Shown: in pieces, positions 39,645-52,094 of the stretch
How positions within the stretch are numbered: the first letter of the stretch is position 1
Layout of the letters: each line of letters opens with the position of its first letter
DNA from: Eledone cirrhosa
Lineage: Eukaryota
Reading direction: 5' to 3'
NCBI GenBank assembly: GCA_964016885.1
Contig: OZ024752.1
Coordinates: 22,940,001 to 23,004,000 of the forward strand
Length of the DNA: 64,000 bases
Notes under the pieces: model-generated
The model's input: only the letters and a program-made list of their open reading frames with translations
Told to the model about the DNA's origin: nothing
Database searches by the model: none
Made by a program: the position numbers and the translations under genes

Positions 39645-40056
39645 GGGTATCAAAAAATAAAAATGGTATTTATAGGTCTCTACAAGTGGTAGGAGAGGGT
39701 GGGGAGTGGGATGGGTGTAGGTCATTGGTTGATAGAAAAGGGAATTCATTAAAAGCTAATTCTTATTTTTATTTATTTATGTTTTTAGAGTAACAAGGGC
39801 AGACAGAATTCTATAAACAGGTTCCGGATGGCATACCATTCCTTGTCATTAAGTTTCTCTTAAGCTAACAGATGTCTATAAGATCAGTGGGGGGTCAGTC
39901 ATGGTCGAAAGAATTAAAGAAAAGGGAGATTCTTTAAAAGCTAAAATCATTAAGGTTCTACTAAGTGACAAAGGTTTAGAGAATTCTGTAGACAGATTCA
40001 AAATACTGAGTGCATATCTTACAATTATCTTCGAACTTCTCTTAAACTAATCAACT

Positions 40057-41690
<1,634 letters not shown>

Positions 41691-42112
41691 GATTAGTTTA
41701 AGAGAAGTTCGAAGATAATTGTAAGATATGCACTCAGTATTTTGAATCTGTCTACAGAATTCTCTAAACCTTTGTCACTTAGTAGAACCTTAATGATTTT
41801 AGCTTTTAAAGAATCTCCCTTTTCTTTAATTCTATCGACCATGACTGACCCCCCACTGATCTTATAGACATCTGTTAGCTTAAGAGAAACTTAATGACAA
41901 GGAATGGTATGCCATCCGGAACCTGTTTATAGAATTCTGTCTGCCCTTGTTACTCTAAAAACATAAATAAATAAAAATAAACTATAGCTTTGTAGAATTA
42001 GCTTTTAATGAATTCCCTTTTCTATCAACCAATGACCTACACCCATCCCACTCCCCACCCTCTCCTACCACTTGTAGAGACCTATAAATACCATTTTTAT
42101 TTTTTGATACCC

Positions 42113-42163
42113 AGATTCCTGATGAATTCTAAAGAATGAAACAGTTCTAGTCCTGTAGAATCT
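42113..42163 (+). ncRNA. Canonical type I hammerhead ribozyme
   Basis: AGATTC CTGATGA ATTC TAAA GAAT GAAA CAG TTCTAGTC CTG TA GAATCT: all three stems paired, GUA cleavage triplet. Confidence 0.88.
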
Positions 42164-42165
42164 CA

Positions 42166-42209
<44 letters not shown>

Positions 42210-42212
<3 letters not shown>

Positions 42213-42373
42213 TTGCGAGGTTTTTTATATGAAATTGTGTGTCGAAACAAATATTGTTATACTTGGGGAGGATCATATTTGTGTAATATTGCCAGAATTA
42301 ATAACAGAACACACTCACTGTGAGTGTGTTCTGTTATCAATTCTGGCAATATTACACAAATATGACCCTCCCC
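42210..42373. repeat. Fold-back fragment of the MTLPK PLE family terminus
   Basis: Hairpin 42265-42373 centred at ~42319; matches 39115-39183 and 60000-60070. Confidence 0.75.
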
Positions 42374-42831
42374 ACTCTCTCTTACTGTTCCCCCATTCTC
42401 TCTGTTTCTCCCCTCTGTCATGTCAGTTAACTCTTCCTCACACTTTCACTCACTCACTGTTTCTCTTCTCTTCATTTCATCCTGTACACCACGAGGGCTA
42501 TTTTTCTCTCTCCTCACATAGCCATCGCTCGTGTCGGGTCTGTTCTAAAAGCGCTCATATATTCACCTAGCTTATGCTAAACAGAATAATTTTTGAAGCT
42601 TGTTTCTTTCCCCTACGGTTAGCTATACTCTTTGTTGTTCTCCTGTCTCACTCGCTTTACGCGTTTCAATTGTCCTAATAACTTATTTTGGTTATTATTG
42701 CACCGACGTGAGGTATATGATTTTTAATGCAATGAAATATCTATGATCGTCGGCAAATCACTGATGAGGGACTCATTTTATTACATGTTATCCATGTGCT
42801 ACCTGCAGTATTTTTCTCTATATTTTATTAT

Positions 42832-42861
<30 letters not shown>

Positions 42862-42873
<12 letters not shown>

Positions 42874-43644
42874 GAGGATGTCTGTGTGTCTGTTTCCCTA
42901 AAACTCGAGAAGTACCCAACCGATTTTTTTCAAACTTTATACATGTAACTCGTATGACCCCAGAAGTGTTCTGAGCAAAACAAATTTCACATTTTCAATG
43001 CCCTACGGACCGCATTAGGCGATGTAGCGATCTCTTTCTCTTTCTCTTAGTCTTGCTCTTTTTAGATAGATACATAGATATGACGTCGCGCCTTCATAAT
43101 ATCTGTCTGTATGCCTGACTGTCTGCATTACGTCATTATGACGCGATCACTGTGTGTGTGTATATATATATTCTTATGCCAGGGAACGTCTTCACGAACC
43201 AAAGTATCGTCTTCTTGTTTTCCAGATTGATTTTTTTAGTTTAAGAAGATCCCGTTAAGGTTGAAAGCAGCGATTCTTTGCTTAAACATTAATATGTTAT
43301 TTGAATATAGATATTCGTGTACAGATATTTTTGCATACACAAAAACAAAATATAAACAAACAAGGCCAAAGATTACATCAATTAGTCTTAGTGTATGTAC
43401 TTCATACTGCTTTTAGGTAGAATATCCCGTTAAGGGTGAAAGCAGTGATTCTTTGCTTAAACTTTAGTCTGCTATTTTAATATATATATATATAATTATA
43501 TATTTATGGACAGATATTTTTGCATACACAATAACAAAATATAAACAAACGTATTTATTTCACGAGGTTCGATAAGGATAAATATATATCAAATATATAA
43601 GAACCCTATAGCAAATACCGAGCAACGCCGGGCCATTCTGCTAG
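42862..43644 (+). mobile_element. Non-autonomous mosaic Helitron
   Basis: Ends match family A (11040-12018); interior matches family B (13080-13690); ends CCGAGCAACGCCGGG..CTAG|T. Confidence 0.78.
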
Positions 43645-43650
43645 TATATA

Positions 43651-43784
43651 TAACAAAGGAAATGTGGTAAGGAACCAGATGGACCATAACACACCAGATA
43701 CTTAGGGTAGACGGCTATTTCTGGACGCTGTCCAGAAATAGCCGTCGAAACGGCTTGTGCTCTGCCGTCGGGGTAATACTTTTT

Positions 43785-43788
<4 letters not shown>
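43651..43788. mobile_element. Mini-element (14658 family relative) with inverted tail
   Basis: Left: reverse-complement tail AAGGAAATGTGGTAAGGAACC. Right: stem II hairpin + GAAACGGC..GCCGTCGGGG..CCTA(TA)n. Confidence 0.72.
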
Positions 43789-43821
<33 letters not shown>

Positions 43822-43824
<3 letters not shown>

Positions 43825-44125
43825 CAAAGAGATATTTAATTTGTTGGTAATTCCACAAATATATTTATAACAGATTCGAAGCACTCGACAAGTTTTCTGG
43901 AGTATAATATCAATGATATTAATAAATGGAAACTATATTTATAAAACCATATTTATTCTAACAGTTCAAACGGGACCTGAACTGTTAAGGTTTGATTCCA
44001 GGGTATGTCACTATTTATAAAACAAATTTTGTATTTTATCTGATGAGAGCGTACCAAAGTTTTGGTACCCTTGAAATATATATAATAGAATAAATATGGT
44101 TTTATAAATATAGTTTCCATTTATT

Positions 44126-44130
<5 letters not shown>
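43822..44130. mobile_element. PLE mini-element with inverted arms and HHR at 44032-44092 (+)
   Basis: TATTTTAT CTGATGA GAG..CTT GAAA TATATA TA ATAGAATA; 43915-43960 is the inverse of 44086-44130; tail on the left arm. Confidence 0.82.
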
Positions 44131-44151
<21 letters not shown>

Positions 44152-44156
<5 letters not shown>

Positions 44157-44582
44157 GAGGTGAGTTTTATTGTAGTACAATAAAGCAATGCAGATATCGG
44201 ATAAGAAGCACTCTACAGTTTGTAGGACTGGAGTATGCATAATATAAGATCAAAAGATGGTTAAAGGAGTTCCATATATTTTATTATGCGCATTTCAAAA
44301 ACAAACATCATCATGCAATAATATTTGTGTTTTCATCAGATAAAACAGGAGAACATGATATGAAGGCTAAAAAACACTTGTGGATAGTGCAGTTTTAAAT
44401 CAACATATCATGATATGTTGATTTAAAACTGCACTATCCACAAGTGTTTTTTAGCCTTCATATCATGTTCTCCTGTTTTATCTGATGAAAACACAAATAT
44501 TATTGCATGATGATGTTTGTTTTTGAAATGCGCATAATAAAATATATGGAACTCCTTTAACCATCTTTTGATCTTATATTAT
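44152..44582. mobile_element. Perfect 344-bp palindrome (no spacer) with two hammerheads plus 87-nt tail
   Basis: Centre CATATCA|TGATATG at 44410/44411. HHR TTTTAT CTGATGA AAACA..TGTTTTT GAAA TGCGCA TA ATAAAA at 44476-44542 (+) and 44279-44345 (-). Confidence 0.9.
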
Positions 44583-44985
44583 ATATATATATATATATAG
44601 GAAAAAGTATGACCCGACGGCAGAGCTCAAGCCGTTTCGACGTCGAAACGGCTTGAGCTCTGTGGTGACTGTAAACAAAGTTTAAGATAGTAGTATGGAT
44701 GAAACAAGAGAAAACATATATATATATATATATATGTGCGTGTGTGTGTGTGTGTGGAGGCGCGTAGCTGAGTTTTAGAGAATTGCATTTACAATCATGA
44801 GTTTGATGCCTGGACCGGACGATGCGTTATGTCCTTGAGCAAGGCACTTTATTTCACGTTGCTCCTTCCACCTGGAGTTGCGACCGAAAGATAGCATTAG
44901 CAATTGGAAAGACCAGAGGAAACATTGTTTCTTCGGTCCGATTAGACGAAAGTCGATCGACTATCACATATTTGTAAATGTGCAC

Positions 44986-45036
<51 letters not shown>

Positions 45037-45366
45037 TGTGTGTGTATGCATGTATGTATATATATATATATATATATTGAAATTTCGTATTTCTAAAGAA
45101 ATACGGTATGTTTATGTATAAACATTTAGAAAGCCGTAGCTATGTAAAACACCGTGGGTGTCTTCCTCTGGTGGTGTCCAGTAGAAGCAAAGGGGACAAT
45201 CGTCAATGCATTTCAAACTTAACTGGTTCTCACCAGCATGATCCCTCCCACTTTTGCGACTGCTGGACTTGAAAACAAGCATGAATATATGGTTTTCTCG
45301 TCTTTATAAATGAGCTGATTAACCTCATTTGCATAAGTTGGCTCAACTTATTATATATATATATAT

Positions 45367-45802
45367 GGAGGCACATGGCTTAGGGGTTAGAGCATTGGGC
45401 TTGCAATTGAAAGGTTGTGAGTTCAATTCTCAGACCGCGTGATGTGTTGTTTCCTTGAGCAAGACACTTTATTTCACATTGCTCCGGTTTACTCAGCTGT
45501 AGAAATAAGATAATAGGACTGGGGTCCATATCATTCCACTGCAAAGTGGTCGTGTAGGCGCCACGGAAAAAAAAACACCCAGCCCACACTATAAAGTGGA
45601 CGTGTAGGCGCCAGGGAAAAAAAGCACCCAGCCTACACTATAAAGTGGACGTGTAGGCGCCACGGAAAAAAAGCACCCAGCCCACACTGTAAAATGCGGT
45701 TGGTGTTAGGAAGGGCATCCAGGGAATCAAGCCAGAATCAGTTCCCGTCCCCGTACCATCCTTGCAAGCAGGGAAAAGCGGACGTAAAATGATGATGATG
45801 AT
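45367..45802 (+). mobile_element. SINE family B with internal 3x ~50-bp tandem duplication
   Basis: A/B boxes, CCTTGAGCAAGACACTT, (GAT)n tail; repeats at 45551-45690. Partial relatives at 44756-44880, 46361-46695 (-), 55470-55570 (-), 9740-9890 (-). Confidence 0.85.
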
Positions 45803-46259
45803 ATATATATATATATATCATCATCATTATATATATATATATATATATATCATCATCATCATTATATATATATATATCATCATTTTATATATCTATATAT
45901 CTATATATCTATATATATATATAAAGGAAAGGTATGACTTAGAATACTTTTTATTTTCTGTATCTATCCTTTGTGATCCTGTCTGTATGTATGTACTCCT
46001 GAAGAAGCACCTGGGCCATCTGTTGAGCAGATCGATACCGGAGTCACGTTCTATAATGAATAAAGGTGTTTTAAAGTGAAAGTCGTTCTTTCGCGCGTGT
46101 GTATGTATATGTGTGTGTGTGTGTGTATGTCTGTGTATGTGTGCGTTTATGTATGTGTGTATATATATGTGTGTGTGTATATATATATGTGTGTGTATAT
46201 ATATATGTGTGTTTGTGTAAATGTGTGTATGTGTGTGGGTATATATATGTGTATAGCTA

Positions 46260-46292
<33 letters not shown>

Positions 46293-46702
46293 GTGTATAT
46301 ATATATATAAACGGTGATGATGATGATGATGATATATATATGTGTATATATATATATATATCATCATCATCATCATCATCACCGTTTTACGTCCGTTCTT
46401 CCACGCTACCATGGGTTAGACGGGTTGTCCTGTTGTGGGCAGTGTCTGGTCGGCTGACCATGCCTTGCTCATACAGGAACTGATTTGGCTTGATTTCTAC
46501 AGCTGGATGCCCTTCCTAACACCAACCTCATTTACAGTGAGTGCTGGGTGCTTTTTTGCAGTGGCACCTCCACGACCACTTTGCAGTGGAATGATAGGGA
46601 CCCCAGTAATATCATCTAATTCCTACAGCTGAGTAAACTGGAGCAATATGAAATAAAGTGTCTTGCTCAAGGTCCGACTACTAAGCCATGCGCCTTCATT
46701 CA

Positions 46703-46785
<83 letters not shown>

Positions 46786-46789
<4 letters not shown>

Positions 46790-49700
46790 CCTGGGTATGA
46801 CATTAAACTACATCCAGTGGCAAGGCTCCAGTTGGGGAGTTCAGGAGATGTGGGGAATGTGGAGTTACCCCTTAGTTGTCATGACTCCCAGGTCTGCCCT
46901 GGCCCGGGGTGGTAGTACCTGTTAGGGCTCCATTTATGGGTTAAATAACTACCTTATTCGAGTGGCGCCGGTAAGGTATTGTCAGCCATTGAAAAGAAAT
47001 ATGGAGAGTCGATCTAACAGCACTAGGGTTAGAGCCCCTAATTACACTGTCAAGGAGCAGCCTGGTCGTTATGACTCTGCTGGCTTAGAGCCACAGAGAG
47101 GGCAAGTGGATGATGGATCAGCTGTCTCTGAGACAAATATAAAGAATGCAGTTTTGTCCTGCAGAAGAGCCATCAAAATGGGCACTTTGAATGTGAGGAC
47201 TATTCGAACGCTGGAGAAGAGAGAGGAGTTGGGACATCTGTTCGAGGAGAGTGGTATACAGATACTTGCGATCCAAGAACACAGGATTCTACACGATGAG
47301 CCCGTGAGGAGTGTGATGATCGGGAGGAAGAGCCAGCTCATCACTACATCGGCAGTGAAGAACACAACAAATGCTGCAGTAGGAGGAGTGGGTTTTGTGT
47401 TCAGTGCAAAAACCAATCTGTTGGTGAGGGAAATAATGCCTATCTCCCCGCGAGTGTTGAGGGTGACCTTCAATGGAAACCCAAGACTGACAGTCATCTC
47501 AGCCTATAGTCCAACCGAGGGGGACAGTGATGTGAATGCCGAGGAGTTCCATGAGGAGGTGCGTAGAGCTGTCAACACCACTCAGGCACACAATATCCTG
47601 CTTGTTTTGGGGGACTTCAATGCACATCTGAGTAAGGAGGGCAGTGAAGATCCTTGCTGGTACTTCCATAACAACACCAACCGAAATGGAAGACTACTGA
47701 GAGACACCCTGCTGGAGGCGAACTTGATGGCGACCAACCTAAGGTTTAGGAAGAATCTGGGGAAGATGTGGACCTACATCTCAGATATGCACCTGTCCAA
47801 GTCCCAGATTGATTTCATTCTGGTGAGGAAAAAGTGGCGGAATAGTGTTCTGAACACGGAACCATACATCTATTTCAGTACACTGGGTAGTGACCACCGG
47901 CTTGTTATGAGTGAGGTCCGCGTGAGCTTAAGAAAGAGCAAGGCTCAGCCCCGGAGAACAATCTATGACTGGGGAGCTTTCAAGGAAGATGATAAGCTAC
48001 AGGAGAGGTTCACAGTGGAAGTGAGAAACAGGTTTAGTGCTCTGTGTGGAGAGTCAGAGGAGAGAGAGATTGGATGGACTGAGGAGAGTGTGACGAGGAG
48101 GTACGGGCACTTCACCAATGCAGTGGCGAAAGCAAGTGAAACCCTGGTGCCGAGGAAAAAGAACAAAGGGAAGCACGTCAGCTCTGCAAACCCAAAAGTG
48201 TGTGCAGCCAGAGAACACCTGAAAGCTGCCAGGGACCAATTCTATGCTGATCCTACGGAGGAGAGGATGGAGACTGTGGAGGTGATGAGGGAAGAGCTCT
48301 GTACCGCTTACACTGAGGTCAGAGAGGAGGCACTGATAGAGAAGATCAGAAGTGTGGAGAGAGCGGTTGACAGATCTGGATGTAAGGAGAGCTGGATGAT
48401 CATCAACGAGATCACAGGGAGGAAGAAAAGGTGTTCGAGTCAGATCCAGGGAACGGGGCCCGAGGATAGGAAGAGGAAATGGCTAGACCATTTTAGGACC
48501 CTACTAGGAGAGCCACCCTCCACAGCCCAGAGCACTGGGGAGATCAGGCGGCTGTTTGAGGATCTGGATGTTGAGACAGAGCCCTTCACCAGAGAGGAGC
48601 TTCAGAGAGCCAAGAAGAAGATCAAGGAGGGCAAGGCTCATGGAGAAGATGGAGTGGCATCAGAGGTGATGAAGAGGTGTGATTTTGATGATATCATCCT
48701 GGGGTTCTGTAACGGGGCACTGGAGAAAGGAGTTGCCCCGAATCAGTGGAGGATCAGTAACATCGTCCCAGTGCCAAAGAAGGGAGATCTCTCTAATACC
48801 AACAACTACCGGGGGATCTCACTGACGTCACTTGTGGCAAAGACCCTCAACAGGATGATTCTTAACAGGATCCAGCCTGAGATGGAGAAGAAGCTCAGGG
48901 ACAACCAGAACGGCTTCAGAGAGGGTAGATCAACCACCAGTCACATCCTGATGCTGAGGAGGATATTAGAGGGAGCTAGAGCAAAGTGCCTTCCTGCGGT
49001 CATGGTTTTCATTGACTTTAGGAAGGCCTTTGATTCTGTGGACCGTTACTGCCTGATGAAGATCTTACAGGCTTATGGAATCCCCAAGAGGATAGTGGAC
49101 CTGATATCACTGCTCTACACCAACACCAAAGCCCAAGTCATTACACCTGATGGGATGACAGAGTTCTTTGAGATACTGGCTGGAGTGCTCCAGGGAGATA
49201 CATTGGCTCCCTACCTTTTTATCATCGTAGTGGACTATTGTATGCGCCTTGCACTGGAGAAACACCAGGACACTGGCTTTACTGTAGCACCGGCTCAGAG
49301 CAGGAGAGTTGGGGCGAAAAAGGTATCGGATGCTGAATTTGCCGACGATATAGTTTTGGTGACAAATACAATGAAGGAGGCAGAGGATTTGATGCGGGAG
49401 GTTGAGACTGTGTCGATGAGTGTGGGGCTGAGAATGAATGAGACTAAAACAAAATATCTGGTAGAGAATGTTGAGAAGCCAGAGGGGATCACTAATGTAG
49501 GCGGGAAGCCGCTGGAATTGGTTGAGGACTTCCTGTATTTGGGAGCAAAGATTGGGAATACGGAAGATGATGTGGTTGAGAGGAAGAGCAAGGCCTGGGC
49601 CGCGTGTCACAGCTTGAGATCGGTGTGGAAGTCGGACCTTCGTAGAGACCTGAAAATCCGCCTCTTCATTGCTGTAGTGGAGTCTGTGCTGCTGTATGGG

Positions 49701-50096
49701 TCTGAGACTTGGACACTGACCAAGAGACTCACTCAGATGGTGGATGGGTGCTACACGAGAATGCTGAGGATGGCTCTGAACATTAATCAGTATACACTGA
49801 GGATGAAAAACTCAGAGCTGTATGGGAGCATCCCAAAAGTCAGCTCAAAAGTGACACAGAGGAGACTGAGGTTGGCTGGACATGCTCACCGACATCCAGA
49901 GTTGACATTGCACTCAGTGCTCCTTTGGGAGCCCCTACATGGACACACTAGAAGAGGAAGACCAAGGTTAACATATGTTGATGCCCTAAGGACAGACAGT
50001 GGTCTGTTGGAGATGCAGGATATGGCAGCGATAATGAGGGACAGAGACCGCTGGAGAGAACTCGTCCATGGATCTCGGGAATTTTACCCGCCTTAG
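46786..50096 (+). mobile_element. Apparently full-length RTE-clade LINE inserted in (TA)n
   Basis: ~200-nt structured 5' UTR, single APE-RT ORF, long (TA)n on both sides. Confidence 0.93.
46962..50096 (+). CDS. APE endonuclease-reverse transcriptase (1044 aa from GTG; first ATG 47001), intact
   Basis: APE motifs GTLNVRT, IQEHR, SAYSPT, GDFNA, QIDFIL, SDHRLV. RT motifs NYRGISL, QNGFR, IDFRKAFDSV, GVLQGDTLAP, FADD, FLYLG. RTE-like C-terminus LLYGSETW, RLRLAGH, RRGRP. Confidence 0.96.
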   Translation: MAPVRYCQPLKRNMESRSNSTRVRAPNYTVKEQPGRYDSAGLEPQRGQVDDGSAVSETNIKNAVLSCRRAIKMGTLNVRTIRTLEKREELGHLFEESGIQILAIQEHRILHDEPVRSVMIGRKSQLITTSAVKNTTNAAVGGVGFVFSAKTNLLVREIMPISPRVLRVTFNGNPRLTVISAYSPTEGDSDVNAEEFHEEVRRAVNTTQAHNILLVLGDFNAHLSKEGSEDPCWYFHNNTNRNGRLLRDTLLEANLMATNLRFRKNLGKMWTYISDMHLSKSQIDFILVRKKWRNSVLNTEPYIYFSTLGSDHRLVMSEVRVSLRKSKAQPRRTIYDWGAFKEDDKLQERFTVEVRNRFSALCGESEEREIGWTEESVTRRYGHFTNAVAKASETLVPRKKNKGKHVSSANPKVCAAREHLKAARDQFYADPTEERMETVEVMREELCTAYTEVREEALIEKIRSVERAVDRSGCKESWMIINEITGRKKRCSSQIQGTGPEDRKRKWLDHFRTLLGEPPSTAQSTGEIRRLFEDLDVETEPFTREELQRAKKKIKEGKAHGEDGVASEVMKRCDFDDIILGFCNGALEKGVAPNQWRISNIVPVPKKGDLSNTNNYRGISLTSLVAKTLNRMILNRIQPEMEKKLRDNQNGFREGRSTTSHILMLRRILEGARAKCLPAVMVFIDFRKAFDSVDRYCLMKILQAYGIPKRIVDLISLLYTNTKAQVITPDGMTEFFEILAGVLQGDTLAPYLFIIVVDYCMRLALEKHQDTGFTVAPAQSRRVGAKKVSDAEFADDIVLVTNTMKEAEDLMREVETVSMSVGLRMNETKTKYLVENVEKPEGITNVGGKPLELVEDFLYLGAKIGNTEDDVVERKSKAWAACHSLRSVWKSDLRRDLKIRLFIAVVESVLLYGSETWTLTKRLTQMVDGCYTRMLRMALNINQYTLRMKNSELYGSIPKVSSKVTQRRLRLAGHAHRHPELTLHSVLLWEPLHGHTRRGRPRLTYVDALRTDSGLLEMQDMAAIMRDRDRWRELVHGSREFYPP

Positions 50097-50099
50097 ATA

Positions 50100-50215
<116 letters not shown>

Positions 50216-50216
50216 G

Positions 50217-51386
50217 GTGTATGAATAGATTCAGGTTATTTCAAGAGAGAGATGGGGTGGTGCCATGTGTTGACTCTTCTTGTAAAGCTAGTGCCAGTTC
50301 CATGACATTTTAATTAATTTATTTATTTTTATTTTATTTTTGGAGGGTTTGTTTTTGAAAAATTGTGAGTGTAAGTTAAGGAGCAATGCGTAATTGTGTG
50401 TGTGATTGTGTGATACAATTGCTCCAGGCTGGTTCCATGCGTTGTCGCCAGTGGAATGTGACAGTGGATTCTGGTCCGCAACCAATCCTTTTAAATTTTT
50501 CTTCTAAAGATCTGTTATTCCTCTCCGTGGATTGTAAATGGTAAAATCTGTTCGAATGTCCCTGGGAGTTAAGTGATCCAAAGGAATGGTAAAATCCACA
50601 GTTCTTTAAAGAATACTTTCAAGATGGCTCAGACAAAGCACATGCTCATGCGAAAAAAGGGAAAAGTTTTACCTCGTTTGGTCTTGAATTGGTAGGTCCA
50701 AAAAAGTTTCCAATCACAAAAATGTGCACACACTCAGAAAGACATATATACATATACACCTATATATATATATATATACACTCTACTACCATATATATAT
50801 ATATATATATATATATGGTAGTAGAGTGTATATATATATATAGGTGTATATGTATATATGTCTTTCTGAGTGTGTGCACATTTTTGTGATTGGAAACTTT
50901 TTTGGACCTACCAATTCAAGACCAAACGAGGTAAAACTTTTCCCTTTTTTCGCATGAGCATGTGCTTTGTCTGAGCCATCTTGAAAGTATTCTTCAATGA
51001 ACTGTGGATTTTACCATTCCTTTGGATCACTTAACTCCCAGGGACATTCGAACAGATTTTACCATTTACAATCCACGGAGAGGAATAACAGATCTTTAGA
51101 AGAAAAATTTAAAAGGATTGGTTGCGGACCAGAATCCACTGTCACATTCCACTGGCGACAACGCATGGAACCAGCCTGGAGCAATTGTATCACACAATCA
51201 CACACACAATTACGCATTGCTCCTTAACTTACACTCACAATTTTTCAAAAACAAACCCTCCAAAAATAAAATAAAAATAAATTAATTAATTAAAATGTCA
51301 TGGAACTGGCACTAGCTTTACAAGAAGAGTCAACACATGACACCACCCCATCTCTCTCTTGAAATAACCTGAATCTATTCATACAC
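50217..51386. repeat. Near-perfect 1.17-kb palindrome (~570-bp arms) centred on (TA)n
   Basis: 50217-50790 is the reverse complement of 50815-51386 with few mismatches; no HHR core seen. Confidence 0.92.
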
Positions 51387-51739
51387 AGGTGTGACCGAAA
51401 GGTCAATCCATACTTCCCTTTTATTTCACAGAATTAGAAGCTTTGACCACTTGATAGAATTCAGGAGCAGTAATGAAAACATCTCACTAACATTCATTCT
51501 TTTCAAAGTAACCATATTAAACTATCGCATATATGTAAAGTTAGTTCATTAACTTCAATAATTTTCAAAATGAGAGTAAATAACGCTACAGTCCTTTACC
51601 AAAATAGCATTCATAAATTGTATTAGAAATTGACGAAACTCTTAAATGGCGATAGCCAATGACCCCGGATCTACGATCAAAGAAGGCATTCGAGCTTCAG
51701 CAGCCTGCCTGGAAGCTGAAATAGGTAACAGTTACAACT

Positions 51740-52030
51740 ACCACTACCATTAATAAGAGGAAGGCAACACCAGCAGCAGTGACAATAACAACAACATCAG
51801 CAACAACAACATATATGTGTATACACCAACATCATACCAGCAATCACCACCACTACCATTAACAAGAGGAAGGCAACGACAGCAGCAGTGACAATAACAC
51901 CAGCAACAACAACATATATGTGTATACACCAACATGATACCAGCAATCATTACCACTACCATTAGCAAGAGGAAGCCAACACCAGCAACAGTGACAATAA
52001 CAACAACACCAGCAACAACAACACATATAT
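51740..52030 (+). repeat. Tandem repeat, ~105-bp unit x ~2.7
   Basis: ACCACTACCATTAxxAAGAGGAAG..GTGACAATAACA..ACATATAT recurs at ~51740, 51849 and 51952. Confidence 0.85.
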
Positions 52031-52094
52031 TTTCAGGATTGATAGACTCATCTTTAGCCACATGGTTCTATGAGAAACTATTAACATGTTCGCA

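Noticed and set aside
45367-45440. tRNA-like sequence
   Set aside because: It is the SINE head: continues into the CORE-like box and tail, with no clean cloverleaf.
45993-46047. ACTC CTGAAGA ... GATA CCGG AGT possible hammerhead
   Set aside because: GAAA and the cleavage triplet are missing; too degenerate to call.
49107-49610. Antisense ORFs over the LINE and PLE ORFs (also 459-1022, 23197-23682, 47069-47497)
   Set aside because: Shadow frames of real coding sequence on the other strand.
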